DNA of 58,963 bases, counting the filler. It is 4 parts of 4 records of this genome, joined end to end, with 100 filler letters (N's around TTAATTAATTAA, not from the genome) between each part and the next. Parts side by side here need not be neighbours in the genome. Positions count along the whole stretch, not along the records: positions 31,379 to 49,561 come from DRR378314_1677; 3 more parts are not named here. One strand, given 5' to 3'. Of this stretch, positions 31,622 through 44,369 are shown piece after piece. The notes beneath the pieces are model-generated. The model was not told the DNA's origin, did no database searches, and worked only from the letters and a program-made list of their open reading frames with translations. The position numbers and the translations under genes are program-made. The number at the start of each line of letters is the position of its first letter. The first letter of the stretch is position 1.

Positions 31622-32541
31622 GTTGCGGAATTTTTGCAGAAAGTCCGCGATCTGACGCTTGATCTTTGGGATATCGACGAAAAATGCCTACTTGGGATCG
31701 GATTTATTACCCAAGCGGGTGCGGAAAAGCTTGTCAAGTACGTCGACCGACTGGCGTGTTGGGCAGCAAGCTACGTGCACTGCACCAACGCGCGCGCTTC
31801 ATCCTTATGGGCATTGCGATCCGTATTTTTGCTTTTGAGCCAATCGGCGGTTTACACATATCGCCACATCAAATCCAATCAAATTGTAGCGACAGTATAG
31901 ACAAATCAGAAGGGGCTTCTGCTGGCCGAACTGTTCTAACGAACAAGCATGTTGCGTCCGATTGGGTGGTGCCGTGGAGGCCGTCAGCATCGAGGTTGCA
32001 TCGCCGCTCATCGTAAGGAATGGCCTGCAATCTTTTTCGTCGCCCTAACGTACGGTACATTACGGTGGATTTACGCATGTCTGATCGGTGTCAGATATGT
32101 TCCTGCGGACGCGCTTCCGGAGAAGCCGGATGGCATGTTGCGGTCGCTTTTCTCGATGCGCGCGCAGTGGACGAAGGAGGTGCGCAAGGCGCTGTGCCCG
32201 CCTCCCCTTGTTGCACTGCCACCATCGATTATGCGCGAGAAGAAGACGTGCTCAGTCACTTTGTGCGTGTAAACCAAGTAGCGTGGAAGCTCTTTCTTTC
32301 TTGCATATAGCGAAGAGGCACGACAGGGTAGATATTGGCTCCTTTTTGCAAGCCGGACGAAGGGGCGTTGCGCTGACGCTCCGCGCGTTCGTTCTTGTGT
32401 ATATGCGCTGCGCAGGAGCTGCTCGCGTATCTTGCACGCGCTGAACTCACGGGAGAGACGATCGATGCAGTTATTCTGCGACTTTGTCGACCTGTATCGG
32501 GACCCGAAGGAAAAGAGTACCTTGTGTCGCGGACTGTGTAG
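31622..32541 (+). CDS. DCC1: Sister chromatid cohesion protein DCC1, last three exons (5' part missing)
   Basis: Phase-compatible exons 31622-31737, 32095-32179 and 32416-32541 give VAEFLQKVRDL..LLGIGFI..YVPADALPEKPDGMLRSLFSMRAQWTKEELLAYL..TIDAVILRLCR..YLVSRTV*, matching the DCC1 C-terminal pattern (LP..F..LF..R..WT..I.PY). Confidence 0.75.
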
Positions 32542-33709
32542 ATGAAAGCGAGTCTGTACTTGCTGCTGGGAGGGAAGAGCGGCAACGTACAGAATTGCGT
32601 GCTTGCTGTCATACGGCGGGAAGGGTGGCGCGCTTCCGTTCTAGGCTGGAAACGTACCTTGTATGCTCACTGACGTATGAGCAGGATTCAGACAGAGTAA
32701 GGGAAAAGCAAGGCTATGATGTTGCAGGACAGCTCCAGGGATCTGTAGCGGTAGCGCGTAGCGTGCGTGCCTTGGCACGGAGCCGCGCGCACTGTGGCCC
32801 GTCACCGGCGCGTGACTCGCGTAGCCTTTGCCAGCGCAACGCGTTTTGTGTCATTTATGAAACTTAAACCGCAACGCAACCGTTCCTCTTGTGGTCAAAT
32901 ATAATAAAGTGGGCTCGAAAGCCGCTCTGCGATGGACGGTCAACAAACAGTTGTGCTTTAGATCCTCATTTGGTACAGGAAGCGAAACGCACAGCCAGAT
33001 AAAGAAAAGAAACCGAACAGGAACACACAAACTGACAAGCATGGCGGCAATTCTGGTGTAGGGCTCTGAGCAGCGGCGATCCTGTTGCAGAATCGAGCGG
33101 AACTGAATCCTGCTATAGCATTCGCAGCTGCTCCTATGTGCAGAGCTGCAGTCGAAGCGCTGGCATCGATTTCTCTCGCTTAGTGTATCACTTTAACCCA
33201 TGCGCACCCGGCTACAAGTAGATATCGACCAGCTCGTTCAGGATACGAATGCACGTCGTGCACCCCCACGCTCCGCTCGCGCCTGTTCACTGGTTGGTGC
33301 GAATAAGGCGCCGTCCGCCCCCACCGCGAGGCCGTGGCCGCGAGAACGCAGCCTTACTCTGCAACCGGACGTCCCCACGCAGATGCACGCGCGTAGAAGA
33401 CCGATGAAATGGCGGTCAGCGCCTACAATAGAATGATCCACCTTTCACAACCATTTCATTCCCGCCATTTGCGGCGAAACTTCCTTATAGACGCAGACGG
33501 GGAACACATAATAATAATAATGACCGAAGTAGTATGCAGTGCACGCTACACAACGCAGGTTGGCATGGCCAAGTCTGGCAACGGAGACCAAGTGGCGATG
33601 ATGTGCACGCGCAAAGCAGCATGAACTGGACAAGCGATGCCTATCACGAACATGCATACTCGTGTACGGCATTCCAAACGTGTTAAGCGAATGTACGGGT
33701 GCATTCATG

Positions 33710-34533
33710 TCACCGTTGCACCGCACTAGCGCGTCTGTGCAAGTCATGCGCAGAGACATTGCAAACTCCTACTGACGCTGGAGGAAGGCGCTGCTTGCGA
33801 CGTACCGACGACACAGCCTCGGTAGTCTGGTCTTGGCCGCACGCAGAGGCATCATAGTTTGCTCCCGAAGCGATGCGCACGCGTTCAGCAAGCACTTTGT
33901 CATCGATATCATCTCGCGAAAGACACGCCATTTCCACACCGTACGGGCTGACGAGCTCTCTTGCTCGGGGTGCGGCTCCGTGCACGGCTGCGCGCTCCTG
34001 AGCTGGCAGCGTGTCCGGAGTCCAGCGAACCAGCGCCATTTTGCGTCGGCCAAGGTCGCCTTCTGTGGTGAGAGACCCCTTTTCCTCGGCCGCAAAAACT
34101 CGGATCACCACAAAGGCGGACTGTAGACGGAAATTCACGTGACCACCATGATTTGTAAGGGACGAATGCAAAGTTGGAAAAAGTTCCTGCAAGAAAATGG
34201 CGCCCTGGCAAAGCGCTGCGAGGAGACGCAAGAGCAACCGTCGCTGACGAGCGGCACCGAACGTACCTCGTCATCGCGGAGATGCTCACCGGCAGCCACA
34301 AGTGCACCATTGCCAGTATGCTACACCCGTAGAACGCATGAATACACCATTGGGTAAACGTAAATATGAGCAAGCAGTCTGGGGACAAACCACTTGGAGC
34401 CTCCGACGCGCTATACAAGCCGTACCTTGACAACGCCGTTGCCATTCGCATCCACCGTGAAGACTACGTACAACAGCGAGCTAGTCGGATCGCTGCGGAG
34501 GCGCAGCAGCGCGCTCTGCAAGTCTTCGGCCAT
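33710..34533 (-). CDS. Coactosin-like ADF-H actin-binding protein
   Basis: Exons 34533-34426, 34320-34267 and 34120 onward, all phase 0: AEDLQSALLRLRSD..YVVF..HTGNG..AFVVIRV..RRKMALVRWTP..RVRIASGANYDA (coactosin KAGGANYDA-like). Start and 3' end uncertain. Confidence 0.75.
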
Positions 34534-35279
34534 TGCTTCCTTGGTCAATAACTCGACTTCTACCGAGACAAGAAAAAGGGGAAAATCAGTGCATGCAGTA
34601 CATAATTTCAGATGTGTTTTTCTTTTGCTTGCACGGGATGTCATTATGCGGCGTGGGGAGTGATTCCAAGGAAGCTGCGAAACACACCGCGAGTAAATTT
34701 ATTCCGCAGCCACCGCTGCTGCGGTTCGGCGGCTATGCACTTTCCCGACGCGAACTTGCAGCGCTCACACACGCAGCGGCAACCAAGGCGGGACAAGCAT
34801 GTGACGTATAAATTATAATCACGTGTGTGGAGCGTGTGGTAAAAGGAATGTACCAGTTTCGATTGTTGGACAATGGGCGTATCGGGCGTTTCAGCGCGCA
34901 GGTGGCGCGCTCGCTTGAAAAAGGAAGCTGGCGAACTAGGCGCACAGCGACGATCCCCGAGCGACAGAGCGCGTGTCTGTTCTCTTTTACAAACCCCTAC
35001 TTCTCACATATGTAAAAGGAAACACAATTGATCCAACAACATCCACCAATATGTAACCCTATCTCCATCAGGCTGACAAAGATGCGACTGTACAACACCG
35101 CCTCTGCGTTCGCGCTGGTTGCAGTACGGGCTTTCCGATACGGAATACCGATTTTGAACACGAAGCTGCCAACCTCTCACTCCCCCAGGCCCCACGCAAG
35201 GAGACAATTTTTGGCGGCGTGCTCGCCGATATTTGCGTAAGCAGTCTCTAGCAGGACCCGCACGCGGCCACCTGCTGAC

Positions 35280-38103
35280 ATGTCTGCGCGCAAGGGTCTT
35301 CGCTTCGCTGCGCGAACGCTTGGGCAGAAGCGGCAGGTGCGCCTACACGCGGTTTCTCGACTTTGCCTGTTCTCCGCTGTCATCTCGGTGGCAAAGCAGG
35401 GAAGAATACGGCTCTGATTGCGCGTAGAAACACCGGTCGGTTTTCGATTTATTCTTGAGCGTTTTGTCCCCTTTTTATTTAGTCTGATCGGGTAGATGGG
35501 ATGGGACGGCGAGCAGCACGTGCGCTCGGTCTGTTTGCGTTATTTTGAGCGCGAGCAAGGTGTTGCTTGTGCGCCGCAGCAAATGCTGGCTTACTGTGGA
35601 GAGCAGCTGCCTTTTCCAGTCGGTGCTGCCCAAAAAAATTAATAAAAAAAGAAATACGATGTCCGTTTCATCCTGCTTCTCGACAACAAAATATTCCGCT
35701 CCTTTCTTGTTCTGCAGACGTCAGCGTCGCCAGCGGAAAGGCTGCATTCTCTGTTGCGCGGGAAGGAAGGCGAGGCTACCGCATGGCGGAAGGTACCTTG
35801 GGCGCGCGGCGTTGCTGTGCTACAGCTTGCGCGTTGGACTCCGACGTGCTCGTTGCGCGTGTGTGGAATTGCTGTGGATACTTTTGGTTGATGCTGCTAT
35901 GCGTGCGACATATGTTGACATGTGTATTGTCTGTTCACGTTTGTTTGTTTTTTCGGCCGCCATCTGTGAACGCCAATCTGTTTCCCTGTTTTTAAGTCTC
36001 CCTGCACGCTGATACCGCACCCGTTGCCGGTGTTTCATGCCGCTTGGTCAGCGATGGACACAAATTACGCACCAGCGTCAGATCTGGGCGACGCGATAAT
36101 CACGCACGAAAATCCGCCTACCGTATTTCTCAAAACGATTTTTTACATCCTTTTGCTGCGATGTGCTCTGTTTACGCAAGGCGTGGCTGGATGGAACCAC
36201 GCCTTGGGATGCTGGGTCGTCGCCGCCAGTCCTTGCGGACCTCGTGCGCAGCGGCAGCCTTCCGCGAGGGCGCGCTCTTGTTCCTGGCTGCGGTTCGGGT
36301 ACGTATCTCAACGCACGCACGCATCAAAGGCGCGAAGTTGGCCAAGTGAGGCTTTAATTGGCGTTTTTTTGATGCGTTGCGACACGGGATGTTCTGCTCC
36401 CCGGTAAACCCCTGACACTGGAATATCTCGCGCCCCTCCTTTGGCGCAGGATACGACGCGATCACGCTGGCGCAGCGCGACGGCGGAGACAAGGTTGTTG
36501 GGCTCGACATTGTGCCAGAGGCAGTTGCACAAGCGCAATCTCTCTTGCAGCGTGCAGAGGTATGTGTCTCGCGTTTGCACTAAATATGCATTTGTCGTTT
36601 CGTCTCCTGCCTCTGATGTTTGTCAGAAAAGTGCACGTACAATTATATATTCTGTCCTCGAAGAAATCCGCTCGGGCGGGGGGAGCGCCTTGTGGATTGT
36701 ATTACCAGCCGTTGTCTACGTTTTGGTTCTCCGTGCGATTGTTTTTCACCCGCTGGCTGCATCGTGTTCACCTAAAAAATTAGTGGAGTTCCGAGCTCAG
36801 AGGTTTCCTGAGAAAGAGCAGGTGTATTTGTTGAATTGTAGAGCTATGCCTCGTGCTGCTCGCAGAGAGAGTTTGCTGGGGTCATTGCTGCGTGCGCAAC
36901 GTGCTGCCTGGGAAGAATTGCTGTCGCGCACACAAACTGCAAACCAGGTTCGCGCCTGCGCATTCCATTGCTGGGATACATGTCTTGTGTTCACCATTTG
37001 GACGAACGCAACATATATAGGATAATTGTATGTTACACGTACGACAACAGGTTATTGCTGTCTCAGCATTTTTCACTCTATCGCTACACTGTATTCGTAC
37101 AGGATGCCGGGGCCGTTCGAGGCGGATCGGTGTCCTTTGTGTGTGACGACTTTTTTTGCTCGGAGGCATTTGGCTCAAACTTCGACCTCATCTTCGACTA
37201 CACATTTTTGTGGTATGAGAAGGAGCTACGTAATCATTTGAGCCTCGTATTAATTTACGTATTTTAATAGAGGATAGACGCTTTGCGTGTCATGTGGTTC
37301 GGGAGAAGACGCGGGAGATACGTGCAGCAGCTCCGGCTACGGCGTGTCGTGCTGCGACGTCGGCGTGCATTCTGCACTGCACTGCACGATCGCTCTCATT
37401 CGCCCGAGCCCAGTCTCGCATCCGTTTGTTCCTCTCCGCCACGCGAAGACCATGATCATTGCTAATAGAAGAAGACGTTCCATTGGGAACTATGCTGGAC
37501 TTTGCAGTGCCCTGTCGCCGACTATGCGCGCACAATGGGCGCGCCGCATGGTCGAGCTGCTTGCGCCTGGCGGGCAACTGGTCTGTGTTCTGTTCCCTGT
37601 CGACGCCGCCGCGAATCCGACGGTCGGTCCGCCTTACCCTCTTGATCCACCCACGTGCGTTGGCGTGTATGTGTGCTCTGACTTTCCATATGTATACAGT
37701 TGTAGTGATTGACTCTGTATATATGTGGTGATATTGTATGGCAGCGGCGGTGTTTGGCCGAGAACGAGTCACATTGGAATCGGCGGGTTTGTTCGTCTCA
37801 GTGCGCGCCTGCGCGTTGGGGCCACGACGTCGTCGCTCGATTTTTATATTTATTTGTTTATTTATTTTCGTTTTTGGTGTTGTGTTGTTCACCTCCAAAA
37901 GTTGCGTGCTCAGGATCTCTTAAAAACTAAACCAAACTTTATTCATCCATGTCAACCTCTATTTTCATTCTCTCAGCGTACAGGAGCTTTGTGAGAAAGT
38001 CGGGCTGCGTACCGTTGAGCTTTCGAAAGTCCAAGATAGCATTGGTCCACGCCGCGGGCGCGAGTGGCTCGGTCGGTGGGAGCGTCCTCCCGCCAAGTTG
38101 TAG
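35280..38103 (+). CDS. SAM-dependent halide/thiol methyltransferase (TPMT/HOL family), 247 aa
   Basis: Seven phase-compatible GT-AG exons: 35280-35336, 35718-35792, 36181-36298, 36450-36559, 37103-37212, 37508-37654, 37977-38103. Motifs [54 protein letters not shown] and [10 protein letters not shown] parallel plant HOL1. Confidence 0.88.
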
Positions 38104-38726
38104 GTGCACAGAGCACTGTACTGATATACAAAAATAGACGAATCCTCCCCGACGAGCGCGCGCGTTAGTATAGCGACGTGATTCATGCTACTTCTTTGCA
38201 AATGCGAGAGAGCTTCGTAGTGAAGAGCAACCAATGAATGACATGAAAAGCGAGGTCCATTCTCTGTATTCCCCGAGGATTCTCCGTTGTGGCGCGGGCT
38301 TTCGCTTCTTGAGCACGAAAATAATCAACCAGAAGCGACTCACATCGGAACATGTCGCAGCTGTGGTGCTGCAATGCTGTGAATGGAAGATCATCTTTCT
38401 GATGTCCAGTAGCATTGCGACGGCGTCGCGTGCCTTTCTGCAGCGCGTGTACAGGCGTCGAAGCTGCTATGCATGCACGAGTCGCAAAGCACTCCAGCGC
38501 AAAAGGTATGTATAGTATTTACGAAGAACATCGAAGCGATATTTATTATATGATGGTAATAACGAAAAAGGAAGCACTGCTGCTCGCGGCCTGCGTTTGG
38601 TTTCATCAGCTTGCAGAGTAGGAGAAGACAAACAGAAGTGCTCCAACTTGGCAGCGCAGCCCTAGAGAGAGACAACAGCGGAGATGGCACACTCGCGCAC
38701 TATTGCGCAGACTATGAATACATACG

Positions 38727-41700
38727 TTACACAGGATTTTCCTCTTCAGTTTCTGTGCGCAGCGGTTTCACAAGAATATAGTCTTCTTCTCGCACAATAG
38801 CGCCCGAGGTATCGGTCTCGAACTCGCACACGTTGACAATCGTCTCTCTGCATACAGGGCACTCGGTCGACGTTGCCCAGCAGCTCTGCGAGGAGAAATA
38901 CACAGCAGCGGCGATCGACAACAGGATCAGCCCTCGCATTTCCACGGAATCCGCAGCGCACACATAGCATTCGATGAACACACGAAGCAACAGACTCTTA
39001 TATATCCAAAAGTGACACGAAAGACATTTGCCATAAAATATGAGCGATTATACGCTGGTGCAAACTGCAACACGGTTCATCGACTGCGCCGCAGAACGCG
39101 CTCGGTTAGGCAGCAATGCAACGCCGAAAAAGTACGTTCTGCTCTACTGTCACAGTTTCACAGCTCTTAATCTCTTACGTACGATATTTACTTGGGCAAC
39201 CTAGCCATAGATCAAGCGTGGACGTTGCGCACCGTGCAAGGGTAGGCGCAAAAGCTAAAAGCCCAGTATGATCACACCCGGCGAATCGAACTACGCCAGA
39301 TGCATGACAGAGACTATCACAGCCTCTCCACAAGTATCTCTGTTAAAGCACTTTCATGGATATAATGATGTAGAAAACTTCAAATACAACGACAATGGCG
39401 TTTTTTTCTAATTCATCTGTTATACAAAAGAAACTGAGCGGCGGCGAGCATGATACACCGTACCTGGAGGCACTGCACGCACATCCCTCCGTGTCCGCAC
39501 TCGACCAAAACGCCGTTTGGCCGATCTGACCGGGACAGAAGGGCAGCGGAACAGCAGGAGCGCGCAGCGTATGTACGAAATTCACGATCAGAATGTACTG
39601 CCCCAAACAGATTTGGCCAACGCAATCTTGATGCAGGTGCGATGGTGAATGGCAAGGGCTACGCAAAAAAAAGAGTGTTTGCAGCCCTGTTCTACCGCCT
39701 GAGAACCCATGGTCTTACGGCACAGAGGTGCGCCGGCGCCCAACGTACTGTCGTAGCAGATAAAGCAGAGCTCGTCATCTTGACCGTCCGCTGGTGCAGC
39801 TTCCGCTGGTGCAGCGGATGCACTCGGATCGTCGTCTACAGCGCCACCTGCGCACGCGAGACGCTCGTCGCTCCCGGCCTGTGCCGCAGAATCGTCTTCA
39901 GGCGGCGCACCGCGCGCTCCCTCTGCGCTCGAGCTTGGCGCGGATGCATGGATGATGCTCCGGCGCGCAGCGGTACCCACTTCACTCTCTGCCAAGGCGC
40001 GCTCTGCATTCTGCACTTCCGTCAAATCGTCCGCATAGCGGCTTGCATACGATAACCCATCGTTCTCAGTTGCGGTTTCCAGGGTACCTGTCGCTGCGCC
40101 TGGCTGCTGCCAGGGAGGCTCGTCATTCTCAACCGTCCCGTTCTCCGTGTTGCCGCGCGACGATTCTCCACCCGCTAAACGAGAAGCAAACCGCCGCAAC
40201 CACAAAAAGGAAGGCCATAACATATGTCAGTATGAATCAAGGGATCATGATAACTGTCGTAGTGCTCGACGCGACCTTGCAGCGCACAACACTGCTTTGT
40301 ATGCGCCTGGAGCATAATCTGGTCAGCACAGCGAAACCAGCGTATGAGCTTTCCCATTGCGCCCCGCCCGCGCGCCAAAGGAATGACAGACCCTACGAGA
40401 ACCACACGTAACCAGCTTCCTCACGCAGGATATTTGCTCTCTCCTTGCGATGTCTTTCCTAAACGGAGAGTATCACTTCTTTAATTTACAGCTGCTGTGC
40501 ACACTATTTCGCACATGAAACGGCGAGTGCCGTTGGACTTTTATCCACCACGCAACTCGGTCCGACCCAAGAGTACGTCAACACGATGCTCGAATGTTGC
40601 CATGTGCAGGCAAAACTCCGTTCCAGCCCCGCATTTCGAACGCACCGTTTTCCTGTTGATCGCCTCCTGCACCGCGGTTTCGCAGTCGGCGCTTCCTGAA
40701 CCACGCGCGCAACCCGCGCGACCGCTTCTTCGACACTGCTGAAGCGCCACTTGTCGCTTTCGAAACGCGTGTGAATATTTCTGGAACACAAACCCCGCAG
40801 AAAAAAATCGTGAGGAACGACGCGAATCGAGGAAACCACATCATGAGAATGTCCGCATCGACGGATTCACTGGCTCTCTCTTGTCCACTCGAGAGCATCA
40901 CTCTACCGGTCGCTCAGCAAGCGCACCAACACATGCTGCGATCGCCAGCATACATTCGCACAGCGCAAGAGGTACTCTACGCACGACTACAGTAGATGCA
41001 GAGCGCTGCCCAACAACACAAAAGAAACAGAACAAGTACGTCGCTGTTGTTGTACGCTTCGGTGAGAAACGCACCGGTTTCGTCCTCGCCACTCTGCAGG
41101 CGCCGGAATCTCGTCTCCCCGATCTGTTTCAAGACGCGCGGATGCACATAGTTCGGTGGCAGCGCGGTCCTTCGCCGCGAGCGCAGCGTTGTGAGGGAAG
41201 CATCGCGCTCGCGGTCCGGTTGCCGCAGCGCCTTTGCGACTCTCCAGAGCAGCGACGCGCCCAGCGGTGCGGAGAAGAGCAGCCACATCCCCAGAGAAAC
41301 AAAGCCCAGCGCTGAGGCGGCAGATTCCGTCCTGTTCCCGTCGGCCACGCGCACGGTACGGACAGTCCCGACGAACAATACGACAGCGGCGGCGCAGCAC
41401 TGCGCTCCGAGCGCGCCCACGTATCCCTTCCACGACGCCATGGTGGGGATAAAACTCCCGTAAAAGTTTTCCGCGGTCGGCGGATACAGGAGGATGAGAG
41501 CACGGAGAATGCGCAGCGCCATATCGAGGACCACGAACCCAATGATGGCAAACACAAGCCAAAGCAGCCACAGGAGCTCCGCCCACGACTTGCCCGCAAA
41601 CGCGGACTTGTGGTCGAGCTTGAGCGCACCGGCCAGGATGGAAAAGTAAAACGCAAAGTATAACCACGGCTCGAAGCGACTGGTAGGAGCGCCGGCGCGC

Positions 41701-44369
41701 TCTTTTGCGAAAGCAAGCAGCGTGCGGATCCCCCACGCCGCCCAGAGCGGCGTGAGGAGCAAGCGCACATCGCCGCGCACGCCCTCGGCGCCTTTCTCAT
41801 CGAGCGCAATTGCCACCATCGGCACCGCCACCAGCAGCGACAACGATGCTGTCAGCTCCGATCCAATGTGCAGCCAACCGAGCCGCGAGATCCGTGGGCG
41901 CCACGTTTGCCGTACGAGGTACCCAATCCGGACACCGTAGCACAAAATTGTGAGTAAGTAGTACGCAAGCAACGGCGACGACACGTGTAGCCATGACTTG
42001 CTGCTGTCGCCATCGATCTTGTCGCCCACAAATTGCGCAAAAATTGCATAAAACATGCAAGATAGCCACAGCAGCACATAACCAATAACACGCGTAGGGC
42101 GGTCGGTTGTTCTTCGCTGCGGCTCAGGCGCGTCACCGTTTCCCCCGTCCGGTCGCTGCTGCGGAAGCGGGTCCATCCACGACGCCCAGCTGTCCAAACT
42201 CAATCGCGATGGTTGGCCCTCATTGTCGCTATTCGCGTCCGTGCGCGCAGCATTGGCAGCGCGCGTGATATCATTGCGTGCTGCGCGTGCTTCTGACAAG
42301 CGCTGCATTTCCGATAGCGTTGTTATCATGCTCAGAATGTCATCGATGGGCGGGGTGTCGTTCGCCTCAGCGCCCTCCGCCGCTCCCGCTGCACCCGAGA
42401 GACGCATAGCATGGCGCCGATTCCTGCGACGATGCGCATATACACGGCCGTGAATACAACCGATCGACGGTTGAGCAGAATGCACTTGGTAAAAATGCAA
42501 AAAAGCTTTTTCAGAATGGGAAGCTAGAACTTCAAACCACTCGATCGTGCTGAGGAACGACAGTCCCAATACGGTCACAGCTGTCTCTACGACCTGCAGA
42601 CTCGCGCGGAAGGATTTGGAGAACAAAAAGGCGATCAGTGCGACTGCAGCCGTAGGACAGAACGTAGGGTCTTTATCAATAAAGCACACCCAAATTTCGT
42701 GCATTCCCAGCCTCTCACCACATTGTATACTTGCGTGCGTTGGCAAGGAGCAGCTCCAGTGTACGGATTAGCAATCCATTTGGCAGGCACGCAACAACAC
42801 GACAAGGCTATCAAAAGCGCCGCTGTTCTGCCGAAAATCTAGAGATGCCAAGACCAATTTCCTCTCCAGCAACAATCCCTCTCCTTCCATCCAGCTGCTG
42901 TGTGTCACTATCAACAATTTCAGAAGATGCAGGTATGCTTGACCAGCATCCATATGTGTACTGTGACATACTTCGTGTGCAAAGCAGCGTAGCTGTACGC
43001 AGCCGAGTTTGCTCTCGACCGCTCTGAAGGCGTGCGCAGCACATACTCGGTCAAAACATAGAAAAGCAGATGATGATACATTTTTTCGCACATACTAACT
43101 TGAACTGCCGCTCACTTTTAGCGCAGCGCCAGACACAGGCGATGGGCATGGCAGCAGAGAAGACAGGCCGGCGCGGAAACGCAGCTCCACACCGCATGTG
43201 TCAACTCGACTACAACACAGTGCGCACTACTTCAAGCTAGCGCGCTATGCGTACAGGATTGCGGCGATTCGGAGCCCTTACATCTACGCGCACACACACA
43301 TAACGGCGCAGCAATTGCAAACGTACCCCGCGTGCTGCCAAGCAAGATCGTTGCGCCGGCTAAAATCATCTTGGCTGTGCTCAGCAGCAGCACCACCGTC
43401 TGGGCGGCTCGCCGCTTGCTGCGCGGTTCGGGCGCGGCTCAACAGCGAGCGAACAAACTCGCGAACAACGAGTTCCTGGTACTGCGCGTCATTTCTGCGC
43501 AGCTCCGACGCTACTGCCATTGTGGTATCGTGTGATTCTGCGCTCGCGTTGGATCGAGAGGACGGCGACAGGGCGCGCGATGACACCGCATCGTCGTCGC
43601 CCGGTGCGGAGCTCGTCAACACGCGCAGATCCGGAACCGAGTTACCCTCAGCCATGCCGAGGCTTGAACTCCCCGCCTCTGCCGAATACCGGGCTGGCTC
43701 GTCGGGCTGTCCAGGTAGAAGCGATCTACGTCGAATCAGTTCGTTTTCCAGACCTTCATCCAGTGACACGCCGACCCGTTCGCGCGACGACATTCGCCTA
43801 CGCCCCACGCTGGCGGGGGGCTGCGGAAGATCCACGATGCTGTCCGGCGGGACGGCAGATGCACCAGTGGCGTTCTCGCCGGCATTGCCGTCCAGTTCCA
43901 TCGACCGATCGCCAATTGCTTCACCATTCTCATCACGCGAAAATGATGGTGCTTCGATATCGGAGATATTGCCATTAGAGAGCGCGCGTGCGCCCTGTTC
44001 ATCCGTGCTCCGCGCCATAGAGGGTTCCACCTCGTTGCCTCTCTGGCGCAACGGCCGTCCCGGGTGTCGAACAGCGGTTTCTCCCCGAGCGGTGCGCCCT
44101 GCGTGGCCAGCAGAAGCCGAGAGCGGGGACAGAGACGCCTCGCCTGCTCGGCTACTCTCATGGGTGGTCGCATTTGCACTATGAAGCGATGATCCCGGCG
44201 AGGCTATGGTCGACAACGATTCGGCGGCGTGACGGCGCGCCTCGAGCTGCCCATGCGCGTTCACTATTGCCTGGATCTGCGTCTCTGTCAGCTGCTCGCG
44301 CTCCAGCCCGAGGTCAGCAAGAATGAGATTGACCGCAACGTCAAAATCGGAAGCGGTTTCGTCCGCCAT
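38727..44369 (-). CDS. Multipass membrane (TMEM185-like) protein with C-terminal C3HC4 RING, putative E3 ligase
   Basis: Spliced RING CFICYD/NRPNGVLVECGHGGMCVQCLQ/SCWATSTECPVC. TM exon ~42390-41040 has repeated KID/KLD...SW...PL(W) units. The disordered acidic exon 44369-43327 is probably the N-terminus, but the splice linkage is unresolved. Confidence 0.75.
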
